Assembly: GCA_963785325.1 (NCBI GenBank)
Contig: CAWAVC010000016.1
Coordinates: 31,963-95,962, forward strand
DNA: 64,000 nucleotides
DNA from: an uncultured Bacteroidales bacterium
Lineage (GTDB): Bacteria > Bacteroidota > Bacteroidia > Bacteroidales > FEN-979
Reading direction: 5' to 3'
In this document: positions 22,148 to 31,701 of the stretch, in pieces
Layout: each line of letters starts with the position of its first letter
How positions within the stretch are numbered: the first letter of the stretch is position 1
Notes under the pieces: generated by a model
What the model was told of the DNA's origin: nothing
The model's input: only the letters and a program-made list of their open reading frames with translations
The model's database searches: none
Translations under genes and position numbers: made by a program

Positions 22148-22860
22148 AAATCAAATGCCTGATCATCGATGATGAACCACTTGCACAGCGCGTACTTGAG
22201 CGGTATATACAGGATGTTTCTTTCCTCGAATTGGTACAGAAATGCAATAATGCACTGGATGCAATTGATATTCTTAAAGAACAAAAAATCGATCTGATTT
22301 TTCTTGATATAAATTTGCCCAAACTCACAGGATTGGAATTTCTTCGCTGCCTTAAAAATCCACCATTGGTGATTATAACAACTGCCTATGCAGAATTTGC
22401 CATTCAGGGATATGATCTGGATGTAGTGGATTACCTGATGAAGCCCTTCGGAATGGAGCGATTTACTAAGGCCATCCAAAAAGTTCAAGACATTCTTAAA
22501 CCAAGAGAACATTCCCTTCCGGAAAAAATTTCAGGTGAAGCCAAGGAAGATCAGTACATCTTCATAAAATCAAACAAAAAAACCTATCGCATCAACCTTA
22601 ATGATATCCTGTATATTGAAGCCCTGGGGGATTATGTAAAGATCTATACTACTGACCGGATGATCATCAGTTACCACTCGATGAAAAATCTGGAAAACCT
22701 TTTATCACCGAAGCAGTTTCCAAGGATTCATAAATCCTATATCGTATCGCTTTCCAAAATTGAGCTGATAGAAGGAAACCAGGTTAAATTACGGGACCGT
22801 TATATTCCAATAGGAACCAATTTCAAGGCAGAATTTGAAAAGCTAATCCGTACGATTTGA
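22144..22860 (+). CDS. LytTR family response regulator
   Basis: DDEPLA, FLDINL, DYLMKP, RIHKSYIV. Confidence 0.95.
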   Translation: MKIKCLIIDDEPLAQRVLERYIQDVSFLELVQKCNNALDAIDILKEQKIDLIFLDINLPKLTGLEFLRCLKNPPLVIITTAYAEFAIQGYDLDVVDYLMKPFGMERFTKAIQKVQDILKPREHSLPEKISGEAKEDQYIFIKSNKKTYRINLNDILYIEALGDYVKIYTTDRMIISYHSMKNLENLLSPKQFPRIHKSYIVSLSKIELIEGNQVKLRDRYIPIGTNFKAEFEKLIRTI

Positions 22861-22929
22861 ATTTCTTTAATGAAATGGAGGGGGAGAAATAGAAAGTGTG
22901 AGGTGTGAGAAAGCATTTCAAAAAATGAA

Positions 22930-23493
22930 TTAATCAAGGTTTGTTTCATCATCGGTCAGTATTGTGGTTTTTCGAATGATAATTGAAAGATAGATCATTA
23001 TTATCCCTAAAAGTATTGCTAATACTCCAATTACCTTGATTATAAAAGCCCCGACCGTATCTTTTTCAAGGATCATAACGATACCCAATGCAATAGTAAG
23101 CAAACCATTGAATAGAATGATATTTTTGTTAGAGAGGTTTCGTTTGACGTTCCACAGAATCACGAGTTGTAATATGCCCAAAATAATTGCCCAGATTCCA
23201 AGGAGGAGAAAGAATATTTGCAAGGATCCTTTGTTAAAGAACATGATCCCTACTCCTATTACAAAGCTAAATATTGATTGAAGAATCAGTATTCCGATAT
23301 TTTTATCTTTTTTCAGGTTATTGATGGCAATAAAAAGGAATAATAATCCTCCCAAGGCAATTGCCAATCCTAAATAGAAGACGATGCCAAGAATAATTTC
23401 CTGTGAGAAGAGAAGAAGCAGCAAACCAAACAGAATGGCTATGATTCCGTTGATTGCCAGAAACCAACGATTTTTATTAGGTTTTGTTTCCAT
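22930..23493 (-). CDS. DUF308/HdeD-like membrane protein
   Basis: Six hydrophobic segments with repeated GI..ILFG/GIWAIILG patterns. Confidence 0.75.
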   Translation of the reverse strand: METKPNKNRWFLAINGIIAILFGLLLLLFSQEIILGIVFYLGLAIALGGLLFLFIAINNLKKDKNIGILILQSIFSFVIGVGIMFFNKGSLQIFFLLLGIWAIILGILQLVILWNVKRNLSNKNIILFNGLLTIALGIVMILEKDTVGAFIIKVIGVLAILLGIIMIYLSIIIRKTTILTDDETNLD

Positions 23494-23522
23494 TGAATCC
23501 TATTATTGGTAAAAGATGAATG

Positions 23523-24182
23523 TCAAGAACCTCTAAAATGTATTCCCAGGTATTCCAGCAAAGTACCAGTTATAATGAAAGCGCCAAAGATAAAAAAAAG
23601 AATCCCCACAATCCGATTGATCCAAAATTTGACCTTCGGGTTCCCGAGCACCTTGATTTTATTGGCAAGAATGCATTTCAGGATATCAGTAGTAAGAATC
23701 ATTCCCAAAGCCCCGGCAAAGAACATGGCAACAGATTTCCGGTCGCCACCATAGGTTGAGTTGATCGAAACAACCCAGAAAATCCAGAAAAACCAAAGTG
23801 TTGGATTTGCGATATTGAGGATGAAACCTTTGAAGTAATAGGGAATAACACCAGGTCTTTTCACGTGGATTTCGCTGATGGCTTCGACTTGTTCTTTATC
23901 CGGTAATTTACGGAAGAAAGTAAAGATACCATATGATATCATAATTATCCCACCTAAAATACCGAATGCCAAGTGAAATTTCGGAGCCGTAATGATCTCA
24001 GAAACACCGAAGAAAGCGAGAACAACAAGAAACAGGTCACTGGTAAAAATTCCCAATGCAAGGAATATCCCTGTTTTAATTCCATGCTTGATACTGGTTT
24101 GAAGGAGTGCGACCAAAGCCGGTCCCAAAGTTATTGCGACCGTGATACCGAGGACCAATCCTTCGAAAAGGGGATGTATCAA
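23523..24182 (-). CDS. LysE family translocator
   Basis: TLGP..QTSIKHG..G..SD, GFILNIANP. Probable TTG start at 24182. Confidence 0.82.
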   Translation of the reverse strand: MIHPLFEGLVLGITVAITLGPALVALLQTSIKHGIKTGIFLALGIFTSDLFLVVLAFFGVSEIITAPKFHLAFGILGGIIMISYGIFTFFRKLPDKEQVEAISEIHVKRPGVIPYYFKGFILNIANPTLWFFWIFWVVSINSTYGGDRKSVAMFFAGALGMILTTDILKCILANKIKVLGNPKVKFWINRIVGILFFIFGAFIITGTLLEYLGIHFRGS

Positions 24183-24195
24183 TTTGACGTACAAC

Positions 24196-25761
24196 TTACG
24201 TTCTTTTAGTTTGATCCCGTATCGACTGCGGGATAAGTTCTGCAATGTGCTCTTCCCATTCGACCCGTTGTTTTTCATTTAAAACTCGGGGAAATTTAAA
24301 GGCACCGCCTTCTTTACCTTTTGTTTTCATCCAGTCATAAAATATGTGCAAAGGTAAAATTTCCACATATACTTCACGAATAGCCTCAGTACGTTCTACA
24401 CGGTAATCGTCATTTAGTACCGCGAGATATTCGTCTAGTTTGGCAGCTGCAATTATAGGATCCAATTTATCGTCAGAGCCGAGATACCATTTGTGTGCAA
24501 ACAAGCTTCCGTAACGGATCCCAGTAACTGTAAACTCATTGATCTTAATGTTAAACTCGTCCTGTAACATTTTAATTGCGCGGTTCATATTATCCTGGGA
24601 AAGATGTTCACCGCAAAGACTGAGGAAATGCTTGGTACGACCCGTTAAAAGTATTTCGCAGGCTTCATTATTTGTAAATTTTATGACGTCACCCAGAAGA
24701 TAACGCCATGCTCCTGCACAGGATGAAAGCAGCAAGGCATATTCTTTATTGTTCTCCACATCTGCAATTGTAAGTGTTTCCGGTTTTGGGAGAAGATTGC
24801 CTTCTGAATCAAAATTGACGCTGTTGTAAGGGATAAATTCATAAAACAATCCGTTGTCAAGGATCATAGTCAATGATTTCCTTGTACCTGCCTGCTGGTA
24901 GGCAACGTAACCTTCCGATGCGAGGTAAGATTCATTGTAAACAATGGGTCTTCCGAGAAGTTTCGCAAAGCTGTTGAAATAAGGCTCAAAGGAGACCCCG
25001 CTGTGAACATATGCTGATAAATTAGGCCAAATTTCATGAATGTTCTGCAAGCCATAATATGCAATGATCTTTTCGAGTATGATCTGCACCCATGCCGGCA
25101 CACCTACGATCACTCCAATGTCCCAGTCTTTTGCCTGTCTTACAATTTCTTTCAGCTTTAACGACCATTCTTCTTCCCGGGAAATACGCGGGCCAGGTTT
25201 GTAAAAATACTGAAACCAGAAAGGAATATTGCTTGCCGATATCCCTGAAAGATCGCCTTTGTAATAGGTGCCATTATACTGAAGATGGGTACTTCCACCA
25301 ATCATTAGGATCCCTTTTTCGTAAAATTCATCCGGAAAATTGTATTTTGTGGTCATTACCAACTGACGTATGCTTGCTTTCTGGATAGCTCTTAACATTG
25401 CGGAGGTAACCGGAATGTGTTTGGAGGATGATTCCGAGGTTCCCGATGTCAAAGCGAAGTATTTAACTCTACCAGGCCAGGTAACCCAAGGCTCTCCATT
25501 AAGACTTCTGTACCACCAGTTTTTAAACATTGAATTGTAATCGTGCACCGGTACAATTTCTTGGAAAGCTTTAATAAAATTCTTTTGTGAAAGGATCTCT
25601 GCAAAATGGTAATGTTCTCCAAATGCCGTATCCTGCGAACGGTTTAGTAGTTTTTTCAGTTCCTTGCGCTGAGCTATTACCGGGTTGAAATTCTTTTTTA
25701 TGTCAATAGGAATCTGACGGATGGTATACGCAGTTTTGATGATAGATCCAAGGATGGGCAT
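24196..25761 (-). CDS. GH3 auxin-responsive-promoter family acyl-adenylate/amido synthetase
   Basis: FALTSGTS, YLASEG, GAWRYLLGD, GRTKHFLSLCGE, KFPRV. Confidence 0.9.
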   Translation of the reverse strand: MPILGSIIKTAYTIRQIPIDIKKNFNPVIAQRKELKKLLNRSQDTAFGEHYHFAEILSQKNFIKAFQEIVPVHDYNSMFKNWWYRSLNGEPWVTWPGRVKYFALTSGTSESSSKHIPVTSAMLRAIQKASIRQLVMTTKYNFPDEFYEKGILMIGGSTHLQYNGTYYKGDLSGISASNIPFWFQYFYKPGPRISREEEWSLKLKEIVRQAKDWDIGVIVGVPAWVQIILEKIIAYYGLQNIHEIWPNLSAYVHSGVSFEPYFNSFAKLLGRPIVYNESYLASEGYVAYQQAGTRKSLTMILDNGLFYEFIPYNSVNFDSEGNLLPKPETLTIADVENNKEYALLLSSCAGAWRYLLGDVIKFTNNEACEILLTGRTKHFLSLCGEHLSQDNMNRAIKMLQDEFNIKINEFTVTGIRYGSLFAHKWYLGSDDKLDPIIAAAKLDEYLAVLNDDYRVERTEAIREVYVEILPLHIFYDWMKTKGKEGGAFKFPRVLNEKQRVEWEEHIAELIPQSIRDQTKRT

Positions 25762-25836
25762 GCAGAGAAGGCTGAATTTATTAAGCAGTAAAATTATAAA
25801 AAAAATGGTACATTTCGGCCACATTATAATGGGCGG

Positions 25837-26901
25837 ATGAAAAGAAGAATTAAATTGATCAAAATAACAGCCGGGATGTTGTTCATCCTTACAGGAGTCA
25901 TCCTCGGTTTATTGTTGTTCCTGACTTTGACTGATTATCATCCAGCAGAGAAGGAAACGATTAATATTGAGAGAAAAGGGATAAAACTATCTCCGGTCAA
26001 AAAAGAGTTTACATTTCTTACGTGGAACATTGGTTACAGTGGCCTGGGGGAAAATATGGATTTTTTTTATGAAGGCGGGATAAGGGTCAGGCCTGAGAAA
26101 AAAGAATTCACGGGGTATTTTAAAGGTATTTGTCAATTTCTTTCATTTGCTGATTCTATTGATTTCATTTTTCTCCAGGAAACAGATGTTCATTCCAAAC
26201 GGAGTTATTTTACGGATGAGGTTGCGGAGATTGGTAAGTTCCTTCCCGGGAGGTGTTCGCTGTTTGCAAAGAATTATGACAGCCGTTTTGTTCCGTTACC
26301 ACTGGATAATCCAATGGGTCGTGTTGTTTCCGGTATTGCCTGTTTCCTGAGGTTCAGACCTGAAGCAGCAGAAAGAATTGATTATGGTACACGGTTTTCA
26401 TGGCCAAAACAATTGGCCCTGCTGAAACGATGTTTTATGGTTATGCGGTATAAAATTAATTCCGGGAAAGAATTTGTTATCATTAATCTTCACAACTCCA
26501 CTTATGATGCCGAAGGAACTTTGCGAAAAGAAGAATTAAAGAAACTTCAGTCTTTTGTTCTTACTGAGTATTTTAAAGGAAACTACGTTATTGCCGGAGG
26601 AGATTGGAACAATAACCCCAGGGGATACAATCCGCAATTCGTGAATAGTGGTGATTTGCCCAAAGTGATCAATCCCAAGTTGGATACCACATTCCTGCCT
26701 GGATGGAGATTTGTCTTCGATCCTTTAGTTCCTTCCAACCGTGATGTAGATATGCCTTATCAAAAAGGGAAGACAAAAACCACAATTATCGATTTTTATG
26801 TGATATCACCCAATGTAAAAGCTGAATCAGTTCATACCATTGCGACCAGCTTCAATTTTTCCGATCACCAGCCGGTAGTCATGAGAGTTATTTTAAAATA
26901 A
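25837..26901 (+). CDS. Endonuclease/exonuclease/phosphatase (EEP) family protein, membrane anchored
   Basis: TWNIGY, FLQE, GGDWN, IDF, SDHQPV. Confidence 0.9.
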   Translation: MKRRIKLIKITAGMLFILTGVILGLLLFLTLTDYHPAEKETINIERKGIKLSPVKKEFTFLTWNIGYSGLGENMDFFYEGGIRVRPEKKEFTGYFKGICQFLSFADSIDFIFLQETDVHSKRSYFTDEVAEIGKFLPGRCSLFAKNYDSRFVPLPLDNPMGRVVSGIACFLRFRPEAAERIDYGTRFSWPKQLALLKRCFMVMRYKINSGKEFVIINLHNSTYDAEGTLRKEELKKLQSFVLTEYFKGNYVIAGGDWNNNPRGYNPQFVNSGDLPKVINPKLDTTFLPGWRFVFDPLVPSNRDVDMPYQKGKTKTTIIDFYVISPNVKAESVHTIATSFNFSDHQPVVMRVILK

Positions 26902-26945
26902 GGTCTTGTCCTTTTTCTTTCCGATCTTTGCATTAAATTAAGCAA

Positions 26946-27827
26946 ATGAAAATCAAGCCGGAAGAAGATATTTCCTTGATTGATCTTCTGATTAAAGAAT
27001 TTAAAACCGGTTCCAGGACAGGGATCAAAAAGATAATTGAACATGGCAGTGTGAGCGTGAATGGAAAGACCATCACGCAACAAAATCTCAGGATCAAACC
27101 CGGCGATGTTATTGAATATTTGAAATACAAAGCCCCGGTGAATTCCCAAGATTGTCCCTTTCCTGTGCTTTATGAAGATGATGACCTGATTGCAATTGTT
27201 AAACCAGCCGGAATTCTGACGTATGGTGAAAAAGGAACACACGGAACCTCGCTATATAAGGTGCTGACAGATTACATACGGGATCGTACAAAAGGAAAGG
27301 AACGAATTTATGTTGTTCACCGGCTCGACAGGGAAGTATCTGGAATTCTGATATTTGCAAAATCGGAAAAGATCCAGGAGATGATCAAAGAACATTGGAA
27401 AGAAACGGAAAAACGTTACTACGCTTTGGTCGAAGGTAAACCAGCGAATAATGAGGGTGTTCTAAAAGATTGGATGCTTGAAGGCTGGGATCAGAAAGTA
27501 TTTACTCTGAAGAAGGAAAGGCCCGGAGCCAAAATGGCTATCACCCATTACAAGGTTCTGAAAGAATTAAAGAATCACACACTCCTTGAGGTACGGCTGG
27601 AAACCGGCAGGAAACATCAGATACGTGTTCATATGGCAGAGATGGGATGTCCCATTGTAGGCGATTTTAAGTACGGGGCAAATAATAAAGTTAAAAGAAG
27701 AATACGGTTACATGCTTTTTATTTCTCATTTAACCATCCGGTAACGCGTCAATCACTTGAGTTCAAAACCCAGATGCCAAAGGGTTTTCTAACCATGGGA
27801 GAGAGTGATGAACATTATAAATGGTGA
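26946..27827 (+). CDS. RluA/RluD family pseudouridine synthase
   Basis: S4-like N-terminus, VKPAG, VHRLDREVSG, TGRKHQIRVH, LHA. Confidence 0.93.
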   Translation: MKIKPEEDISLIDLLIKEFKTGSRTGIKKIIEHGSVSVNGKTITQQNLRIKPGDVIEYLKYKAPVNSQDCPFPVLYEDDDLIAIVKPAGILTYGEKGTHGTSLYKVLTDYIRDRTKGKERIYVVHRLDREVSGILIFAKSEKIQEMIKEHWKETEKRYYALVEGKPANNEGVLKDWMLEGWDQKVFTLKKERPGAKMAITHYKVLKELKNHTLLEVRLETGRKHQIRVHMAEMGCPIVGDFKYGANNKVKRRIRLHAFYFSFNHPVTRQSLEFKTQMPKGFLTMGESDEHYKW

Positions 27828-27917
27828 TTCAAATAATTACGAATTATGAATGCCCGGGTAGTGGGTAACAGGTAATATTCAGATCAGACTGAAGTTTAAC
27901 AAAAAAAATCAGTAGTT

Positions 27918-28025
27918 ATGTCAAAAGGGAAAGATGTTAAAAAGAACGTTAAAAAAGCACCGGCTAAAACGCCAAAAGAAAAACGGCAGGAGAAAATAGA
28001 GAAAAAAGCAAAAAAGAAGAGTTAA
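27918..28025 (+). CDS. Small (35 aa) lysine-rich hypothetical protein
   Basis: MSKGKDVKKNVKKAPAKTPKEKRQEKIEKKAKKKS*; below the ORF-track cutoff; A-rich Bacteroidota-style leader. Confidence 0.6.
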   Translation: MSKGKDVKKNVKKAPAKTPKEKRQEKIEKKAKKKS

Positions 28026-28077
28026 ATTTTAGTTTCATATTATTTCTCTGCTCAATATTCACCACTAAGTCAACTTA

Positions 28078-28896
28078 TCAACTTTTCAATCCATAGTTGA
28101 ATTTACGTTGTCTTAATGCTTCAAAGACGACTATGGCCGCTGAGGTTGATACGTTCATGGAGTCAACTTTTCCATTCATAGGGATCTTGATCAGTTCATC
28201 TGCTTCGTCAAGCCAGGTCTTACTTAGCCCAAAGGCTTCCGATCCCATGATAATAGCTGATGGGTCGCAGAGATCGGTTTCGTGATAAAACCGGGTTGCT
28301 GTCAATGCGGTGCCAAACATCCTGATACTATTTGATCTTAACCAGACAATGGTTTCCAGTGTTGTACTTGTCACTACCGGCACTGTAAAAATACAACCGA
28401 TGCTTGACCTTATGGTGTTCGGGTTGTAGATATCCGTTTGTGGATCACAAATGATCACACCATCCAGGTTGGCTGCATCCGCAGTACGAAGCAGGGCACC
28501 CAGATTCCCCGGTTTTTCGACCGATTCGAGTACCAGGAAAAGAGGTAAAGAACCCAGTTTTAGATCGTGGAACTGTATCCTTTTCGGTATTGCCAATGCA
28601 ATAGTCCCTTCATGACCTTTGCGGTAAGCAATCCGGTTGTATATTTCAATTGAAACTTCAACCAGATCCATGGGAACGATTGCTGTTGTTTGCATTGTCT
28701 CAAGTTCGGATAACGGAATCAATTCCTTGCAATAAATAAGCTGGGTGATTGAAAATCCGGCTTTTAGTGCTAAATTGATTTCACGAATCCCTTCAACGAT
28801 AATAAGGTTTTGTTGCTTCCTTTCCCGGGGTTTCTCCTGGAGAAGCATAAGGTTTTTAATCAATGGATTCTGTAAACTGGCAATCGTTTTTATCAT
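28078..28896 (-). CDS. TrmH/SpoU family RNA 2'-O-methyltransferase
   Basis: VEKPGNLGALLRTA, MGSEAFGL, IPMNG.VDSMNVS. Confidence 0.93.
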   Translation of the reverse strand: MIKTIASLQNPLIKNLMLLQEKPRERKQQNLIIVEGIREINLALKAGFSITQLIYCKELIPLSELETMQTTAIVPMDLVEVSIEIYNRIAYRKGHEGTIALAIPKRIQFHDLKLGSLPLFLVLESVEKPGNLGALLRTADAANLDGVIICDPQTDIYNPNTIRSSIGCIFTVPVVTSTTLETIVWLRSNSIRMFGTALTATRFYHETDLCDPSAIIMGSEAFGLSKTWLDEADELIKIPMNGKVDSMNVSTSAAIVVFEALRQRKFNYGLKS

Positions 28897-28998
28897 GGAT
28901 AATAAAAATAGTGTTAAGTTTGTCTGTGAGTCTGCAGTAAAAGTATGAAAATAACTTTTCAGAGTGGAATCGAAAATGGACATTTCAATAAGAAAAAC

Positions 28999-29325
28999 AT
29001 GGAAAAAAGTATTTTCGAGTCGAGTAAATTCAGGTTTAATGAATGCGTGGATTATTCCACCGACGCAATTATAAGCAAGAGAGTACTTGACCTCAATGTA
29101 GGAAACGTCACCTTATTTGCCTTTGATAAAGGACAGCAGCTGAGTGAGCATTCAGCCCCCTTTGATGCTATGCTGCAAGTGGTTGAAGGTACTGGCGAGG
29201 TGGTCATAGACAAGGTTCTTAATCAACTTGGTGCCGGGGAAACAATCATAATGCCGGCAAATATTCCTCACGCCGTACATGCTATTGAAAAGTTTAAAAT
29301 GGTATTAACCATGATCAAGGGATAA
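28999..29325 (+). CDS. Cupin domain protein
   Basis: TLFAFDKGQQLSEHSAPFDA..EG..MPANIPHAV. Confidence 0.88.
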   Translation: MEKSIFESSKFRFNECVDYSTDAIISKRVLDLNVGNVTLFAFDKGQQLSEHSAPFDAMLQVVEGTGEVVIDKVLNQLGAGETIIMPANIPHAVHAIEKFKMVLTMIKG

Positions 29326-29449
29326 GATCTTTAATAGAATAACGTGATTTGACATCCTGAAAAAGGAATAGGTACTATAGTTTATTTAATTTTTTTCCCT
29401 AAGTTTGAAACCAGGAAAATTAATTCTTCGCGATGGTAACTACAGATCT

Positions 29450-30046
29450 ATGAAAAAACTCCTAAGCCGAATAAAGCCTCGCCTGCCCTGGCAGATGCCT
29501 GTGACCATCCTGCTGGGGATCTTTGCCGGGCTTGCGGTTTATGTTTTTTATATTTCAAAAGCCACTTCTTACCTAGGTGATAAACCAGAAACCTGTATCA
29601 ATTGTCACGTGATGATCCCACACTATGCCAACTGGGCACATAATTCACATGGCAGGGTGACCACCTGCAATGACTGCCATATACCACACAACAATATCTT
29701 TAATAAATATCTTTTTAAGGCCAAGGATGGACTCAATCATGCAACTATGTTTACACTTCGCCTTGAACCACAGGTGATTATCATGGAAGATGAGACCAGG
29801 GACCTGGTTCGTGAAAATTGCGTACGTTGTCATGAAAAATCGGTAAGTAAGGAATTTATTTATGCCGTTCAACCAAATTACCATAATTATCTGGAAGACC
29901 GATGGTGCCTCGATTGTCATAGGGAAACACCACACGGAAGGGTGAATGGACTTTCATCCACTCCTAATGCACTTACCATACAGAAGGCAAAGAGTACGAT
30001 AGCAAACTGGCTAGAAGAAGAATTAAAAATGAAAAATGAAAAATGA
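29450..30046 (+). CDS. nrfH: Cytochrome c nitrite reductase small subunit (tetraheme quinol dehydrogenase)
   Basis: One TM segment and four CXXCH motifs (CINCH, CNDCH, CVRCH, CLDCH); directly upstream of nrfA. Confidence 0.93.
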   Translation: MKKLLSRIKPRLPWQMPVTILLGIFAGLAVYVFYISKATSYLGDKPETCINCHVMIPHYANWAHNSHGRVTTCNDCHIPHNNIFNKYLFKAKDGLNHATMFTLRLEPQVIIMEDETRDLVRENCVRCHEKSVSKEFIYAVQPNYHNYLEDRWCLDCHRETPHGRVNGLSSTPNALTIQKAKSTIANWLEEELKMKNEK

Positions 30047-30066
30047 AAGTGCAAAGAGTAAAGTGT
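30025..30066 (+). repeat. Degenerate heptamer tandem repeat (AAAAATG x3, AAAGTGC, AAAGAGT, AAAGTGT)
   Basis: Period-7 run overlapping the nrfH stop codon. Confidence 0.65.
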
Positions 30067-30075
30067 GAAAAAGCA

Positions 30076-30120
30076 CCCCACCCCCGACCCTCTCTCCTAA
30101 GAGGGAGGGGAGTTGAAACA
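30076..30120 (+). repeat. REP-like GC-rich hairpin repeat, copy 1
   Basis: CCCCACCCCCGACCCTCTCTCCTAAGAGGGAGGGGAGTTGAAACA; similar to copies at 32644, 37447 and 57621. Confidence 0.65.
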
Positions 30121-30172
30121 ATATATTGCTTTTTAATAAAAGTGAAAATTGAAACGAGTAAATCGGCATTAT

Positions 30173-31684
30173 ATGGAAACATCTAAGAAACGTAAAACCT
30201 GGGTAAATTGGGTGTTATTTTTTTTGACGGTCGTCGTTGTTTTTCTTTTAGGATTACTGGCGTCTTCTATTACTACCCGGAAAGCTGAGAGGGAATATGT
30301 GTATAAGCCGAAAGTGAGAGTGACAGATTGGGAGCCCCGGAACGCGGTATGGGGTGAAAATTTCCCGAGGGAATACCAGTCTTACCTGCAGACCAGCGAT
30401 ACTAATTTCCGGAGTGAGTTCAATGGTAATGCGATGATCGATGAACTTGCAAGAGATCCGAGGATGGTTGTTCTCTGGGCCGGGTACGCGTTTTCAAAAG
30501 ATTACAGCCAAAGCAGGGGTCATTATTTCGCTATTACCGATATAAGGAACACACTACGGACGGGAGCACCCAAAGCTCCCGATGACGGGCCACAGCCAAA
30601 TACGTGCTGGACATGTAAAGGTCCTGATGTTCCCAGACTAATGATGGATAAAGGAGTATTGAATTTCTATAAAGGGAAATGGGCATCGCTTGGCGACCAG
30701 GTAGTGAACTATATCGGTTGTGCCGATTGTCACGATCCGATGACTATGGATCTTCGTATCAGCAGACCTGCCTTGGTTGAAGCATTTAAGGCAATGGGAA
30801 AGGATATTAAAAAAGCCACGCACCAGGAAATGAGATCGCTGGTTTGCGCACAGTGCCATGTAGAATATTTTTTTGACAAACACAGGAAGGATGCCGAAGG
30901 GGGTTCTTATCTTATGTTCCCGTGGAAATACGGAACAACAGCCGACTCTGCCCTGAAATATTACAACGAGATAAACTTTTCAGATTTCACACAACAACTT
31001 AGCAGGGCCCCCATTCTGAAAGCCCAGCACCCGGATTATGAGATTTACCTAACCGGGATCCATGCTGATCGAGGAGTAGCCTGTGCCGATTGTCATATGC
31101 CATATGTGAAAGAAGGAGGACAGAAGTTTACTAGTCACCGGATTGTTAGTCCACTGGCAAACATTTCCGGAACCTGTCAGACCTGTCACCGTGAAAGCGA
31201 AGAATCATTGCGTAAAAATGTATATGAACGGCAAGAAAAGGTTAAAGAGATCAGGGATAAATTGGAGATCGAACTGGTGAGCGCAACTGTGGAAGCAAAA
31301 GCAGCCTGGAATGCCGGTGCAACGGACAAAGACATGGAAGTCATCCTGAATAAAATCCGCAGTGGTCAATGGTATTGGGATTATGCCACAGCCAGTCATG
31401 GCGCTTCATTTCATTCACCTGTGGAAGTGACAAGGATTATCGGAAACGGCATGCACGAAACCCAAGATGCACGGGTACTTCTTGCAAGACTACTGTCAAA
31501 ACTTGGAAATAACAATGAAATCCCTTATCCTGATATAGCCACAAAAGAGAAAGCACAAAAATTCATTGGACTCGATATGAACCAATTGAGAAAGGAAAAA
31601 GAAGATTTTCTGAAAACTATGGTCCTGGGATGGAATAAAAAAGCAAAGGAACGGGAAGACAAATGGAAAGTAGTGATGAATTAA
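30173..31684 (+). CDS. nrfA: Ammonia-forming cytochrome c nitrite reductase (pentaheme)
   Basis: Active-site CWTCK plus CADCH, CAQCH, CADCH, CQTCH; LWAGYAFSKDY..RGH; KAQHPDYE; SHGASFH. Confidence 0.96.
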   Translation: METSKKRKTWVNWVLFFLTVVVVFLLGLLASSITTRKAEREYVYKPKVRVTDWEPRNAVWGENFPREYQSYLQTSDTNFRSEFNGNAMIDELARDPRMVVLWAGYAFSKDYSQSRGHYFAITDIRNTLRTGAPKAPDDGPQPNTCWTCKGPDVPRLMMDKGVLNFYKGKWASLGDQVVNYIGCADCHDPMTMDLRISRPALVEAFKAMGKDIKKATHQEMRSLVCAQCHVEYFFDKHRKDAEGGSYLMFPWKYGTTADSALKYYNEINFSDFTQQLSRAPILKAQHPDYEIYLTGIHADRGVACADCHMPYVKEGGQKFTSHRIVSPLANISGTCQTCHRESEESLRKNVYERQEKVKEIRDKLEIELVSATVEAKAAWNAGATDKDMEVILNKIRSGQWYWDYATASHGASFHSPVEVTRIIGNGMHETQDARVLLARLLSKLGNNNEIPYPDIATKEKAQKFIGLDMNQLRKEKEDFLKTMVLGWNKKAKEREDKWKVVMN

Positions 31685-31701
31685 CAAGAAATATTCCAGA
31701 T

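Noticed and set aside
30110..30120. GTTGAAAC / ATTGAAC endings of the REP-like repeats resemble CRISPR repeat ends
   Set aside because: Copies are kilobases apart and degenerate, with no spacer array and no cas genes.
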